The notes: generated from the sequence alone by a model not told the origin. 64,000 nucleotides of DNA from Alphaproteobacteria bacterium (GCA_963665325.3 CAXXWS020000002.1:1274694-1338693), one strand, 5' to 3'. Positions 1 through 10,422 are shown, counted from the stretch's first letter. Translations and numbers: made by a program.

Positions 1-1097
1 TGCGTCATGACGCCATCGACCTCGATATGCTGGAAGCCGAACACGACCTTGATGGCGAGGCCGAAGGCGGCGGCGTAGCCGATGAACGAGCCGAAGGTCA
101 TCGTGTAGATGACCGTCATCGCCCAGGTGTGCTTGTTCCTGAAGATTGCATATTGCCGGTCGAGACTCTGGCGGATAGTGCCGGGGATCATCCGCAAGGC
201 GAAGACCGTGGCCGCGATGACGAGCGGCAGCACGATCCATTTGCTCAGTTCCAGCCCGGAACCGCCGGCATTCTCCGGCAGCAGGAGCCACAGCCCGATT
301 GCCGCGGTGACCAGCCCGATGGCAAGCATGCCCAGGATCTTGCCGAAGGCGCCGGCCGTGGAGCCGAGCCCCGGCGAGACATGCTCCGCCGTGATGTTGT
401 TCATGGCGAACCAGGCGGCGATCACCAGCGGGACCAGGATGGCCACCCAGATATAGCCCGCATTGTGAATGTAGGTCTCCGTTCCCGCCGGGATCTTGCC
501 GACCAGCGTCCCGGAACTGTTGGCGAGGATGAGCGCGGAGCCGCCGAACACGCCCACCGTCATGACCAGCGGCACCAGTATCTGCATGGTGGTAACGCCG
601 AAATTGCCGAGGCCGGCATTCATGCCGAGCGAATAGCCCTGCACGTTCTTGGGGAAGAAAAAGGAGATGTTCGACATGGACGAGGCGAAATTGCCGCCGC
701 CGAAGCCGGAGAGCAGCGCCATGATCTGGAATTGCCAGAGCGGCGTCTCCGGGTCCTGTAACAGGAGCCCGGTTCCGGCCGCGGGAATGATGAGAAGCGC
801 CGTCGTCAGGAAGATCGTGTTTCGGCCGCCGGCGATGCGGATGAAGAAGGAGGAGGGGATGCGCAGCGTGGCGCCGCTCAATCCCGCGATGGCGGCAAGG
901 GTGAAGAGTTCCCCCTGCGAGAAGGGGAACTTCAGGTTGATCATCTGGACGGTGATGATTCCCCAGTAGAGCCAGACCGCGAAGCCGCAGAGCAGACAGG
1001 GAATGGAAATCCAGAGGTTGCGCGTCGCGATGCGCTTGCCCTCTGTATTCCAGAATGCCTCGTCTTCCGGGTCCCAGCTCGTCAGGTTCCTGGCCAT
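1..1097 (-). CDS. narK: NarK2-type nitrate/nitrite MFS transporter (runs off window start)
   Basis: Manual minus-strand translation from ATG 1097 (AAGGGGA RBS): MARNLTSWDPEDEAFWNTEGKRIATRNLWISIP...GATLRIP...GFGGGNFASSM...GMNAGLGNFG; nitrate-signature motifs; absent from the ORF track because there is no stop in the window. Confidence 0.9.
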   Translation of the reverse strand, partial: MARNLTSWDPEDEAFWNTEGKRIATRNLWISIPCLLCGFAVWLYWGIITVQMINLKFPFSQGELFTLAAIAGLSGATLRIPSSFFIRIAGGRNTIFLTTALLIIPAAGTGLLLQDPETPLWQFQIMALLSGFGGGNFASSMSNISFFFPKNVQGYSLGMNAGLGNFGVTTMQILVPLVMTVGVFGGSALILANSSGTLVGKIPAGTETYIHNAGYIWVAILVPLVIAAWFAMNNITAEHVSPGLGSTAGAFGKILGMLAIGLVTAAIGLWLLLPENAGGSGLELSKWIVLPLVIAATVFALRMIPGTIRQSLDRQYAIFRNKHTWAMTVIYTMTFGSFIGYAAAFGLAIKVVFGFQHIEVDGVMT

Positions 1098-1148
1098 CTC
1101 TTCCCCTTTTCCAACCGGGCCGGCTCCGCCGCTGGCGGAAACGGCCCG

Positions 1149-2474
1149 TTATGCGGTTCCGGGCGGCGGCTCCGGCGCCTCCGGGACATCGCTGAGATAG
1201 CGTTCGTCGGCCAGTGCCGGGTGGCGGCGGCGCTCCATCAGGCGGATCGCCACATGCATCCAGACCGTGCTGACCAGAACGATCGCGAACAGCAGCATGA
1301 AGGAACTGGTCCAGACGCCGAACCAGTCGTTCAGGATTCCGAAACTGATCGGCAGAATGAACCCGCCGAGCCCCCCGATCATGCCGACCAGCCCGCCGAC
1401 CGACCCGACATGGTGGGGGTAGTAGACGGGAATATGCTTGTAGACGGCGGCCTTGCCGAGCGACATCACGAAACCCAGCACAACGCTGAGGATGACGAAG
1501 GCCGGCAGACCGATCCCGAAGGTGAACTGAATTGGCCCGGTAATGCCGTCGACCGTGTATTGCGTGCGCGGGTAGCTCATGGCGAACAGGCAGACCAGCG
1601 ACACGATGAACGTCAGATACATGACGAAGCGTGCGCCCCATTTGTCCGACATCCAACCGCCGAGCGCACGGAAAATAGAACCGGGCATGGAATAGGCGGC
1701 CGCCAGCATGCCGGCGGTCGCAAGCGACAGGTCGTAAGCGCCGACGTAGAAGCGCGGCAGATATGAAGCGAGCGCCACGAACCCGCCGAACACGAAGAAA
1801 TAGTAGGTGGCGAACCGCCAGACCTGCATGTTCTTCAACGGCGCAAGCTGTTCCCTGGTCGACACCGGCCGGTGTCCCTCGCGCTTGCGTGCCACCTGCG
1901 CCGGGTCCGGCTTGGCCAGGAAATAGAATCCGACCGCCGTCAGCGCCAGCACCACCGCGTAGATCTGCGCGGTCTGCTGCCAGCCGAAAGCCAGCACCAG
2001 GAACGGTGCACCGAAATTGGTAACCGCCGCGCCGACATTGCCGACACCGAAGATGCCGAGCGCCGTGCCCTGGTGCTCCTTGTCGAACCACTGCGAGGTG
2101 TAGGCGATGCCGACGATGAACGACCCGCCGGCCAGCCCGACGCCGAGGGCGGCGATCAGGAAGACCTCATAGGTCTGCACCGAGGACAACAACCAGCAGG
2201 CGACCGCCGTTGCCAGCATTTGCACGGGAAATACGAGGCGGCCGCCATACTGTTCGGTCCATACGCCAAGAAAGATGCGGCTGACGGACCCGGTAAGGAC
2301 GGGCGTTGCGACCAGGATTCCGAATTCTGTCTCGGAGAGCCCGAGATCCTGTTTGATCTTCACGCCGATGATCGAGAAGATCGTCCAGACCGCGAAACAT
2401 ACAGTGAAAGCAAAGGTGCTTAGACCGAGCGCTGTGTGCCGGTCGCCACGGGTGACTTCTGTCAGGTCGGGCAT
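1149..2474 (-). CDS. narK: NarK1-type nitrate/proton symporter (MFS)
   Basis: AFTVCFAVWTIFSIIG, GLAGGSF, GIFGVGNVG, GMIGGLGGF motifs; tandem with narK2. Confidence 0.92.
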   Translation of the reverse strand: MPDLTEVTRGDRHTALGLSTFAFTVCFAVWTIFSIIGVKIKQDLGLSETEFGILVATPVLTGSVSRIFLGVWTEQYGGRLVFPVQMLATAVACWLLSSVQTYEVFLIAALGVGLAGGSFIVGIAYTSQWFDKEHQGTALGIFGVGNVGAAVTNFGAPFLVLAFGWQQTAQIYAVVLALTAVGFYFLAKPDPAQVARKREGHRPVSTREQLAPLKNMQVWRFATYYFFVFGGFVALASYLPRFYVGAYDLSLATAGMLAAAYSMPGSIFRALGGWMSDKWGARFVMYLTFIVSLVCLFAMSYPRTQYTVDGITGPIQFTFGIGLPAFVILSVVLGFVMSLGKAAVYKHIPVYYPHHVGSVGGLVGMIGGLGGFILPISFGILNDWFGVWTSSFMLLFAIVLVSTVWMHVAIRLMERRRHPALADERYLSDVPEAPEPPPGTA

Positions 2475-2550
2475 GAACCGAGGCTCCCGACTTCGGGACG
2501 GCTGAATTCGTACCTGGCGGCGAACATAACCGGCGGCGCGGATGCATCCA

Positions 2551-2564
2551 ATGACTTAGGTCAA
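2551..2564 (-). promoter_or_regulatory. FNR/NarR-type binding box upstream of narK1
   Basis: Minus strand reads TTGAC-CTAA-GTCAT, one mismatch to TTGAY-N4-RTCAA, 77 bp upstream of the narK start. Confidence 0.65.
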
Positions 2565-2711
2565 GAGGTTCGTCGTTTGAAGATGGGGGGCGCCAATATC
2601 CACCCACCCGGCCGGCGCCGCTGCACGGGGCATTTCCGCGACTCGGAGCCGCGTTGAATCCGGCGGCGGAAAGAATAGGTTCCCCGCATCCGCCAGACAG
2701 TGCGATACGCA

Positions 2712-3863
2712 ATGAAACCCTCCGTCCGCCCTGCCAATCCGAACTTCTCCTCCGGGCCGTGCACCAAGCGGCCGGGATGGTCTCCCGCCGTGTTGTCCGG
2801 AGCCCTGGTGGGGCGCTCCCACCGCTCCGCGCCCGGCAAGGAAAAGCTGGCGGAAGTCATAAACGCCAGCCGCCGACTGCTCGGCATGCCCGAGGACTGG
2901 CGGCTGGCGATCGTGCCCGCCTCCGATACCGGCGCCGTGGAGATCGCCCTCTGGTCCCTGCTCGGCGCGCGCGGCGTCGATGTGCTGGCATGGGAGAGCT
3001 TCGGCGCGAGCTGGGCACTGGATGTCCGCACCCATCTCGGTATCGAGGATGTGCGCCTGCTTGAGGCAGAATACGGTGGCCTGCCGGACCTTTCGGAAGC
3101 GGACCCCGACCGCGACCTCGTATTCGTGTGGAACGGCACCACTTCGGGCGTCTGTCTGCCCGACGGCGACTGGATTGCGGAAGACCGGCGCGGCCTCGCG
3201 ATCTGCGATGCGACCTCGGCTGTGTTCGGTATCGACATGCCGTGGTCGAGGCTCGATGTCGTCACCTGGTCGTGGCAGAAGGCCATCGGCGGCGAAGGGG
3301 CGCACGGCATGCTGGCGCTCGGTCCGCGCGCAGTCGAACGGCTTCTGGCCTACACGCCGCCCCACCCGTTGCCCAAGGTTTTCCGTTTGGTGCGCAACGG
3401 CGCGCTGATCGAAGGCGTCTTTCGCGGCGAGACGCTGAACACGCCGTCCATGCTGTGCGTCGAGGACGCGCTCGATGCGCTGGCATGGGTGGAAAGCGTC
3501 GGCGGAGTCGCCGGGACTGTCGCCCGGACGCAGACCAACGCCGCCATCATCGGCGAATGGGTGGCCCGGACGGGCTGGATCGGCTTCCTCGGGCGCGACC
3601 CGGCGGCGCGCTCGCCGACCTCGGTTTGCCTCGCGATTGCCGATCCCCGGGTGGCCGGCCTATCGGAGGACCGGCGGAGGGCCTTCGTGCAGGAGTTCGC
3701 GGCGCGTCTCGACGCCGAAGACGCCGGCCGTGACATCGCCAACCACCGCGACGCCCCGCCGAGTCTGCGCATCTGGGCCGGCCCGACGGTCGAACGCACC
3801 GACCTGGAGGCGCTCATGCCCTGGCTCGACTGGGCCTTCGAGGCCGAGGTCGCGAGGCTCTGA
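2712..3863 (+). CDS. serC: phosphoserine aminotransferase (alphaproteobacterial type)
   Basis: RPANPNFSSGPCTKRPGW, WNGTTSGV, SWQK (PLP lysine), NTPSMLCVED; precedes serA. Confidence 0.95.
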   Translation: MKPSVRPANPNFSSGPCTKRPGWSPAVLSGALVGRSHRSAPGKEKLAEVINASRRLLGMPEDWRLAIVPASDTGAVEIALWSLLGARGVDVLAWESFGASWALDVRTHLGIEDVRLLEAEYGGLPDLSEADPDRDLVFVWNGTTSGVCLPDGDWIAEDRRGLAICDATSAVFGIDMPWSRLDVVTWSWQKAIGGEGAHGMLALGPRAVERLLAYTPPHPLPKVFRLVRNGALIEGVFRGETLNTPSMLCVEDALDALAWVESVGGVAGTVARTQTNAAIIGEWVARTGWIGFLGRDPAARSPTSVCLAIADPRVAGLSEDRRRAFVQEFAARLDAEDAGRDIANHRDAPPSLRIWAGPTVERTDLEALMPWLDWAFEAEVARL

Positions 3864-3871
3864 GCGCGCCG

Positions 3872-5449
3872 ATGAAGAAGGTGCTGATCGCCGACCGGCT
3901 GAGCGCGCGCGCCGGCGAGATCCTGAGCGCGGCCGGCCTGGAAGTGGTCGTGGCGCCCGGCCTTTCCCCCGAAATGCTGTCGGGGCGGCTGGCGGGCGTC
4001 CACGGCCTCGCGGTGCGCTCGGCGACGCAGGTTACGGCGGGCCTGCTCGATTGCGCGCCCGATCTTGAGGTGGTCGGCCGCGCCGGCATCGGCGTGGACA
4101 ATATCGACATCGCGGCGGCGACAGAGCGCGGCGTGGTCGTGATGAACACGCCTTACGGCAATACAGTCACCACGGCCGAGCATGCGCTCGCGCTCCTGTT
4201 CGCGCTCGCGCGCCAGATACCGGCGGCGGACCGCTCCACGCAGGCCGGCAAGTGGGAGAAGTCCCGCTTCATGGGCAGCGAGATTGCAGGCAAGACGCTC
4301 GGTGTCGTCGGCTGCGGCAATGTTGGCGCCGTGGTTTGTGCCCGCGCCCGCGGACTGGCGATGCGGGTGCTGGTGTTCGACCCCTTCGTATCGGAAAGCC
4401 GGGCGCGCGACCTGGGCGCCGCCAAGGTGGAATTCGAAACCCTGCTTGCCGAATCCGATTTCGTCACCCTGCATACCCCGCTTACAGACCGGACGCGCGG
4501 CATGATCGATGCGGACGCGATCGGCCGGATGAAGCCCGGGGTGCGCATCGTCAATTGCGCCCGCGGCGGCCTCGTCGTCGAGGCGGACCTCTGCGCCGCA
4601 CTCGACAGCGGCCATGTGGCCGGCGCGGCATTCGATGTCTTCGAAATCGAGCCGGCCGAGGAGAGCGACCTGTTCGGCCGCGAGAACGTGGTGGCGACCC
4701 CCCATGTCGGGGCGTCCACGGCGGAAGCGCAGGAAAATGTGGCGGTCGAGGTAGCGGAGCAGATGGCCGCCTTCCTCAATACGGGCGCGGTCGTGAACGC
4801 CCTCAACGCGCCGTCCGTGACCGCCGAGGAGGCGCCGAGGCTCAAGCCCTATATGGGCCTTGCCGATGCGCTGGGACGCTTCGTCGGGCAGATTTGCGAC
4901 GATGCGATCACCGGTATCGACATCGCCTGGCGCGGCGACTTGGCGCGACTGAACACCCGCCCGCTCTCCGGCCTGGTGCTACAGGGCGTGCTGTCGAGCC
5001 AGCTCGACTCGGTCAATATGGTGAACGCGCCGTTCGTCGCCCGCGAGCGGGGCATCGAGGTCCGCGAAAGCTCGACCGGGGAGGCGGACGGCTACCGGGC
5101 CCTGATCGAGGTCCGGGCGGCCATGGGCGAGCGCAGCCGCACCGTTGCCGGCACGCTCTTCGGAGACCGGCTGCGGCTCGTGCGGGTGCAGGACATCCAT
5201 TTCGAGGCGGCATTCGGGCCGATCATGCTCTTCCTCAGGAACCACGACCGGCCGGGCGTCATCGGCAAGATCGGCACTATCCTGGGCGAGGAGGGCGTCA
5301 ACATCGCCAATTTCCACCTCGGCCGGCCGGTGTCCGGCGGGCATGCGCTCGCGCTCATCGAAATCGACGAGGACTGCCCGGAACGGGTTCTGGACCGCAT
5401 CGACGCCCTGCCGGACACCATTGCCCGCCCTTTGGTCCTCCGGTTTTGA
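3872..5449 (+). CDS. serA: D-3-phosphoglycerate dehydrogenase
   Basis: GRAGIGVDNID, GCGNVG, NCARGG, TPHVGAST, C-terminal ACT domain (NHDRPGVIG). Confidence 0.96.
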   Translation: MKKVLIADRLSARAGEILSAAGLEVVVAPGLSPEMLSGRLAGVHGLAVRSATQVTAGLLDCAPDLEVVGRAGIGVDNIDIAAATERGVVVMNTPYGNTVTTAEHALALLFALARQIPAADRSTQAGKWEKSRFMGSEIAGKTLGVVGCGNVGAVVCARARGLAMRVLVFDPFVSESRARDLGAAKVEFETLLAESDFVTLHTPLTDRTRGMIDADAIGRMKPGVRIVNCARGGLVVEADLCAALDSGHVAGAAFDVFEIEPAEESDLFGRENVVATPHVGASTAEAQENVAVEVAEQMAAFLNTGAVVNALNAPSVTAEEAPRLKPYMGLADALGRFVGQICDDAITGIDIAWRGDLARLNTRPLSGLVLQGVLSSQLDSVNMVNAPFVARERGIEVRESSTGEADGYRALIEVRAAMGERSRTVAGTLFGDRLRLVRVQDIHFEAAFGPIMLFLRNHDRPGVIGKIGTILGEEGVNIANFHLGRPVSGGHALALIEIDEDCPERVLDRIDALPDTIARPLVLRF

Positions 5450-5525
5450 GCGGGACGGTCCGGCGTGCAACATTCCGGCCAAACCGTGTAGCCTTGGGGC
5501 GGCGAAAGTTTCCGTCGGAGACCCG

Positions 5526-5732
5526 ATGAAGCGGATGCGAGAGTTATCGAATAGCAAGGGTCGGGGCGACACCGAGGTAGTGCGGCCCGAAGACGAGCCG
5601 GTGGTCGACGCCGATCTCGACGATGGCGAAGCGAAGCTCTCTGCCTTCGGCATGTGGAAGGACCGCGACGAACTGGCCGACGTCGGTGCCTGGGTCAGGA
5701 ATCTGCGCCGGGGCCGTTTCGATGCCTTCTAG
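5526..5732 (+). CDS. small antitoxin-like protein, apparently orphan
   Basis: 68 aa ending AFGMWKDRDELADVGAWVRNLRRGRF, resembling the C-terminal toxin-binding tail of VapB-type antitoxins; no PIN toxin ORF follows. Confidence 0.5.
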   Translation: MKRMRELSNSKGRGDTEVVRPEDEPVVDADLDDGEAKLSAFGMWKDRDELADVGAWVRNLRRGRFDAF

Positions 5733-5780
5733 AGCGAAGTCCTCTCGGATTGCGCCCGGTCTTGGACCGCACCGGAAGTC

Positions 5781-5872
5781 GTCACCCCGGCCCCCGAGCC
5801 GGGGTCCATCTCCCGGCCTGCGGGCCGGATGGCCGTGGCGGAGCTGGGCCCCGGCTCGGGGGCCGGGGCGAC
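5781..5872. repeat. inverted REP-like doublet (REPIN-like)
   Basis: GTCACCCCGGCCCCCGAGCCGGGGTCCA (5781-5808) and inverted copy TGGGCCCCGGCTCGGGGGCCGGGGCGAC (5845-5872); same unit as inside the repeats at 22472-24058 and 34675-34878. Confidence 0.85.
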
Positions 5873-5879
5873 ATTCTCG

Positions 5880-7004
5880 ATGACCGACCGGGCTTTGCTG
5901 CCGGCGGGACTGCGCGATGTCCTGCCCCCTGACGCCGCGTTCGAGGCGGCTGCCGAAGCGCGGCTGCTGGAGCTGTTCGCGCTGAACGGCTATGAGCGGG
6001 TGGATCCGCCGCTTGCCGAATTCGAGACGAGTTTTCTCGCGGACGAGGGCGCCGCGATCGCGGCCGATACCTTCCGCATCATGGACCCGGTTTCGCAGCA
6101 CATGCTGGCGCTGCGTTCCGACATGACCCTCCAGGTGGCCCGGATCGCACGTACCCGGCTCGCCGGCGAGCCCCGCCCGCTGCGGCTTGCCTATGCGGGA
6201 CAGGTGTTGCGGGTCGGCGTCTCCCAGCTTCACGCCGAACGCCAGGTGGCCCAGGCCGGGGTGGAGCTGATCGGCGCGGAAAGCGTGTCGGCCGACGCCG
6301 AGGTCGCACGGCTTGCCTTCGAGGCTCTGGAAGCGCTGGGCGTGCCGGAGGTGAGCATTGACCTCGGCGCGCCGGCGTTGGTGCGGGCGCTCCTCGGCGA
6401 CGCAGGGCTAGAAGACGATACGGCGCTCGGCGACGCGCTGGGCCGCAAGGATGCCGCGGCAGTCGCTGCGCTGGCCGGTCCGCCTTTCCCGGCCCTGATG
6501 GCCGCGACCGGCCCCTGCGAGGTGGCGGCGCCGGCGCTGGCGTCGCTCGACCTGCCGGCGGAAGCGGGCGCATTGCGGGACCACCTGCTTGAAGTCGCGA
6601 CAGCGGTGGCGGCGGCGGCCCCGGGTCTCCGGATCACCATCGATCCGGTGGAGCACCGGGGGTTTCAATATTATTCGGGCGCGGCTTTCAGTCTGTTTGC
6701 GAGCGGCGGCCGCGGCGAAGTCGGACGGGGTGGCCGCTACCGCGCCGAGGGCGAGGCGGGCACGGGGGTCACCCTCTATCTCGACGCCATCCATCGCATG
6801 TTGACGCCGCCTGCGCCGCGTTCCCGCCTCTTTCTGCCCTATGGCACGGACGGTGCGGAACGCCGGCGCTGGCAGGCCGACGGCTGGATTACGGTGCAGG
6901 CGCTCGCGCCGGCAGACGATGAGGAAGCCGAAGCGCGCCGCCTCGGTTGCGCCTACCTGCTGGGCGCCGGCGGCCTCGAACCCCTGGACGGAGACCCGCA
7001 ATGA
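5880..7004 (+). CDS. hisZ: ATP phosphoribosyltransferase regulatory subunit
   Basis: [44 protein letters not shown]; hisZ-purA synteny. Confidence 0.92.
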   Translation: MTDRALLPAGLRDVLPPDAAFEAAAEARLLELFALNGYERVDPPLAEFETSFLADEGAAIAADTFRIMDPVSQHMLALRSDMTLQVARIARTRLAGEPRPLRLAYAGQVLRVGVSQLHAERQVAQAGVELIGAESVSADAEVARLAFEALEALGVPEVSIDLGAPALVRALLGDAGLEDDTALGDALGRKDAAAVAALAGPPFPALMAATGPCEVAAPALASLDLPAEAGALRDHLLEVATAVAAAAPGLRITIDPVEHRGFQYYSGAAFSLFASGGRGEVGRGGRYRAEGEAGTGVTLYLDAIHRMLTPPAPRSRLFLPYGTDGAERRRWQADGWITVQALAPADDEEAEARRLGCAYLLGAGGLEPLDGDPQ

Positions 7005-8290
7005 CCAATGTGGCTGTCATCGGCGCGCAATGGGGCGACGAAGGCAAGGGGAAGGTCGTGGACTGGCTCGCCGAGCGGGCCGATGTCGTGGTGCGCTTCC
7101 AGGGCGGACACAATGCCGGCCACACCCTGCAGGTCGCCAACGAGACCTACAAGCTGTCTCTGCTGCCGTCCGGCGTGGTGCGGGGCACGCTTTCGATTAT
7201 CGGCAATGGCGTGGTCGTGGACCCGTGGGCGCTGATGGAGGAGATCGAGCGCCTGCGCGGGCAGGGCGTTCCGGTTTCGCCCGAAATGCTCCGCCTGGCG
7301 GAAAACGCAATCCTGATCCTCCCCTTCTATGGCCGGGTGGACCAACTCCGGGAGCAGCGGCGGGGGAAAGGCGCCATAGGCACGACCGGGCGCGGCATCG
7401 GCGTCGCCTATGAAGACAAGGCCGGGCGACGCGCGATCCGCGTCGCCGACTTGTATGACGATGCGACGCTCCGGGAAAAGGTCGGCCATCTGCTCGAGCA
7501 CCACAATGCCTTGCTGCGGGGCTGGGGCGCAGACGAAATTGCGCCGGAAGAGCTCATTGCCGGTCTGGAACAGGTTCGCGAACCGCTTGCTCCCTATGTC
7601 GATTGCGTGTGGGAGCGGCTGGATGCGCTGCGGCGATCCGGCAGCCGGATCCTGTTCGAAGGGGCGCAAGGTATCCTCCTCGACGTCGACCACGGCACTT
7701 ATCCGTTCGTCACGTCCTCGAACACGGTCGCGGCTGCCGCCGCGGTCGGCAGCGGCGTGGGGCCGGGTGCTGTCGGCTATGTGCTCGGTATCGCCAAGGC
7801 CTATACGACGCGCGTCGGCGGAGGCCCGTTCCCCACCGAATTGCATGATGAGGTGGGGGCGCGCCTGGCGGAGCGAGGCAGGGAGTTCGGCACTGTCACC
7901 GGCCGGCCGCGGCGGTGCGGCTGGTTCGACGCTGCGGCTGTGCGCCAGGCGGTTAGCCTGTCGGGCATGGCCGGTATCGCGCTCACCAAGCTCGATGTGC
8001 TGGACGGAATCGAGAGCCTTGAAGTCTGCACCGGATACCGTATCGGCGACCGCATGCTCACCCGCCTGCCTGCCAGCCAGGCAGACCAGGCGGCGGTCGA
8101 ACCGGTTTACGAGCGGCTGGAAGGCTGGTCGGAAAGTACCGCAGGCGCTACGGGCTGGGCCCAATTGCCGGCTACGGCGGTCAAATATGTCCGGCGCGTG
8201 GAGGAATTGATCGGCTGTCCGGTCGCGCTGCTGTCCACGGGGCCGGACCGCGAGGCGACGATAGCGATGTACGATCCGTTTGCCGACTAG
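7001..8290 (+). CDS. purA: adenylosuccinate synthetase
   Basis: [47 protein letters not shown]; ATGA overlap with hisZ. Confidence 0.97.
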   Translation: MTNVAVIGAQWGDEGKGKVVDWLAERADVVVRFQGGHNAGHTLQVANETYKLSLLPSGVVRGTLSIIGNGVVVDPWALMEEIERLRGQGVPVSPEMLRLAENAILILPFYGRVDQLREQRRGKGAIGTTGRGIGVAYEDKAGRRAIRVADLYDDATLREKVGHLLEHHNALLRGWGADEIAPEELIAGLEQVREPLAPYVDCVWERLDALRRSGSRILFEGAQGILLDVDHGTYPFVTSSNTVAAAAAVGSGVGPGAVGYVLGIAKAYTTRVGGGPFPTELHDEVGARLAERGREFGTVTGRPRRCGWFDAAAVRQAVSLSGMAGIALTKLDVLDGIESLEVCTGYRIGDRMLTRLPASQADQAAVEPVYERLEGWSESTAGATGWAQLPATAVKYVRRVEELIGCPVALLSTGPDREATIAMYDPFAD

Positions 8291-8556
8291 CCCGCATTTC
8301 TCACCAGGGTCACAGTCTGCGTCGCGTCCAGGCGTTCGATCCGCAAGGAGCGGGCCGAAAAGCGTAGCATAGCCTAAGGTTGAAGCCCGCGACGACGCGG
8401 GGGGGCGTCTGGACGCGACCCGAAGGGCGGCGCTGTCGGGCCGACAGGCTGCGTCGATCCGCTTGCCCGATGCCCCGCATCGCGCTGCGCGTCTCTCCTA
8501 CCCTGACGGCCCGACAGCGCCGCGCAGACCATGACCCTAGTGAGAAATGCGGGCTA
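8288..8556. mobile_element. MITE-like structured element with ~34-bp terminal inverted repeats
   Basis: TAGCCCGCATTTCTCACCAGGGTCACAGTCTGCG at left vs reverse complement TAGCCCGCATTTCTCACTAGGGTCATGGTCTGCG at right; internal stems 8321-8334/8406-8419 and 8427-8443/8507-8523; no transposase. Confidence 0.85.
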
Positions 8557-8853
8557 AGCGGCCGCTTCGCGCTTGGCCTTCGCTTTCTCGATGCGGCGCT
8601 TGATACGCCGCGCTTCGACGGTCAGCTTCGAGTCGGACCGGCCGAGCAGGAAGGCGTCGAGGCCTCCATTGTGTTCTACCGTGCGCAACCCGTGACCCGA
8701 GACGCGCAGCCTCACCGATTCACCGAGCGTTTCGCTCAGCATGGTCCTGGACTGCACGTTCGGCAGGAAGCGCCGGCGCGTCTTGTTGTTGGCGTGACTG
8801 ACATTGTTGCCGGTCATCACCCCCTTGCCGGTGATCGCGCAGCGCCGCGACAT
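8554..8853 (-). CDS. rpmB: 50S ribosomal protein L28
   Basis: [34 protein letters not shown]. Confidence 0.97.
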   Translation of the reverse strand: MSRRCAITGKGVMTGNNVSHANNKTRRRFLPNVQSRTMLSETLGESVRLRVSGHGLRTVEHNGGLDAFLLGRSDSKLTVEARRIKRRIEKAKAKREAAA

Positions 8854-8937
8854 CGCATTTCACTCCTTGCCGGAACCCGTCTCGCTCAGAACGCGGCTGT
8901 ATAGGGACGCCGCCGAAACGGGTCAAGCGCCCGCGCG

Positions 8938-9756
8938 TCAGCCGCCCAGTTCCCGGGAGCGGTTGGCGGCAGCGGCAACCGTTCGCCGCATCAGAACCGC
9001 CAGGCCGTCATCCGCCATGAGCACGTCCAGGGCGGCAGCCGTCGTCCCGCCGGGACTCGTGACATTGCGCCTCAGCGTGTCCGCATCCTCCGGCGACCGG
9101 TTCAGCAATTCCCCGGCGCCGGAAACGGTTGCGCGGGCCAGGCGCATCGCCATGTCCGGCGGCAGCCCTTCGCGCTGACCTGCCGCGGCCAGCGCCTCGA
9201 CCAGATAGAACACGTAGGCGGGACCGCTGCCGGAGACGGCCGTCACCGCGTCCATGGCCGTCTCGTCTCCCAGCCAGACGACCTCGCCGACGGCCTCGCA
9301 GATCGTCTGGCAAAGCGCCATCTGTGCGGGATCGACACGCCGGTTGGCCGTGAGCGCGGTAATACCGCGGCCGACTGCCGCCGGCGTGTTAGGCATGGCG
9401 CGGACTATGGCTGCGTCCCGGCCCAGAATATTCTGGAAGAACGCGATCGGGGTCCCGGCGGCTATGGAGAGGAACACCGGTGCCGCATGCCCCGTATATC
9501 GGCGGTAGACCGGAACGACATCGTCCATGACCTGAGGCTTGACCGCGAAGATTACCGCGTCCGGGCGTACACGGTCGGTGACATTTTCAAGCGCCTCCGT
9601 GATATGGACTCCGGGCTTGCCTTGGAATTCGCGCGTCGCCTTGTCTTCCGGCTCGACGACCACGATCTGGTCGGCGAAACGCTGTTCCAGCCAGCCCGTC
9701 AACATTGCGCCGCCCATCTTGCCGCAGCCGACAAGGATCAGGTTGGGAGTACTCAT
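8938..9756 (-). CDS. proC: pyrroline-5-carboxylate reductase
   Basis: GCGKMGGAM, FAVKPQ, RAMPNTPA, TAVSGSGPAY, VTSPGGTT; start set at ATG 9756. Confidence 0.95.
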   Translation of the reverse strand: MSTPNLILVGCGKMGGAMLTGWLEQRFADQIVVVEPEDKATREFQGKPGVHITEALENVTDRVRPDAVIFAVKPQVMDDVVPVYRRYTGHAAPVFLSIAAGTPIAFFQNILGRDAAIVRAMPNTPAAVGRGITALTANRRVDPAQMALCQTICEAVGEVVWLGDETAMDAVTAVSGSGPAYVFYLVEALAAAGQREGLPPDMAMRLARATVSGAGELLNRSPEDADTLRRNVTSPGGTTAAALDVLMADDGLAVLMRRTVAAAANRSRELGG

Positions 9757-10247
9757 GCCTCGCCTATCGGATGGATCATGGCGGCGGCCACTGCCTTGGC
9801 CGGCGGCTTGCCGCCCCATAGTGCATGTTGGAACGCGGGGTAGAATTGGTCCAGCCCGTTGGTGGCGGCCAGCAACACGTCCTCGAACAATTCCCTGGTG
9901 GCCGAAACGCCGCGCAGGGGGACCGCATGGCGGAAACAAAGCGCTCCTGCATCCCGGTCGAAGCAGAAATGTCCCATCGCCAGGATGTCGTTGGCATAGG
10001 CCAGCATCTCCAGCAGCGGGTTCTTCCCTTCCAGGGGCACTGGCAGCCGGCACGCCGCGGCGACCTGCACGACAGCTGGGCGGGCGTGCCAGGCGGCGCA
10101 CAACGACGTCTCGCCCCAGCTTCCCTGAAGCTCGGCGGTAATCGTCCGGGAGTCATCGCGGCTGTAGGCCCAGTCTTGCGCCCGGGCGATGTCTTCGACC
10201 AGGTCGATCGGGTTCGCAGCCCCGTCATGAGTCCGTCGTACAAGCAT
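9753..10247 (-). CDS. YbjN-domain protein
   Basis: NPIDLVEDIA, GHF, FRHAVPLRG, FYPAFQHALWGGK; typical neighbour of alphaproteobacterial proC. Confidence 0.75.
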   Translation of the reverse strand: MLVRRTHDGAANPIDLVEDIARAQDWAYSRDDSRTITAELQGSWGETSLCAAWHARPAVVQVAAACRLPVPLEGKNPLLEMLAYANDILAMGHFCFDRDAGALCFRHAVPLRGVSATRELFEDVLLAATNGLDQFYPAFQHALWGGKPPAKAVAAAMIHPIGEA

Positions 10248-10422
10248 GGGTTCTTCAATACATCACAACATGTCGTATTGCCATCGGCTAGATACCGCAA
10301 TTTGTGGAAAAATTTGGCGTCTGCGATTTCCCGGGGAGCAGATTTGGCAGGAGGTTCCGCGGCGTTGTCATGCCCGCGAGACGGGCTATATTCGCCGAAT
10401 ACGGGGAAGCAGGCGCGTGTCG

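Noticed and set aside
2590-2711. alphaproteobacterial serC leader RNA
   Set aside because: The position fits but I could not match the motif by eye; needs an Rfam scan
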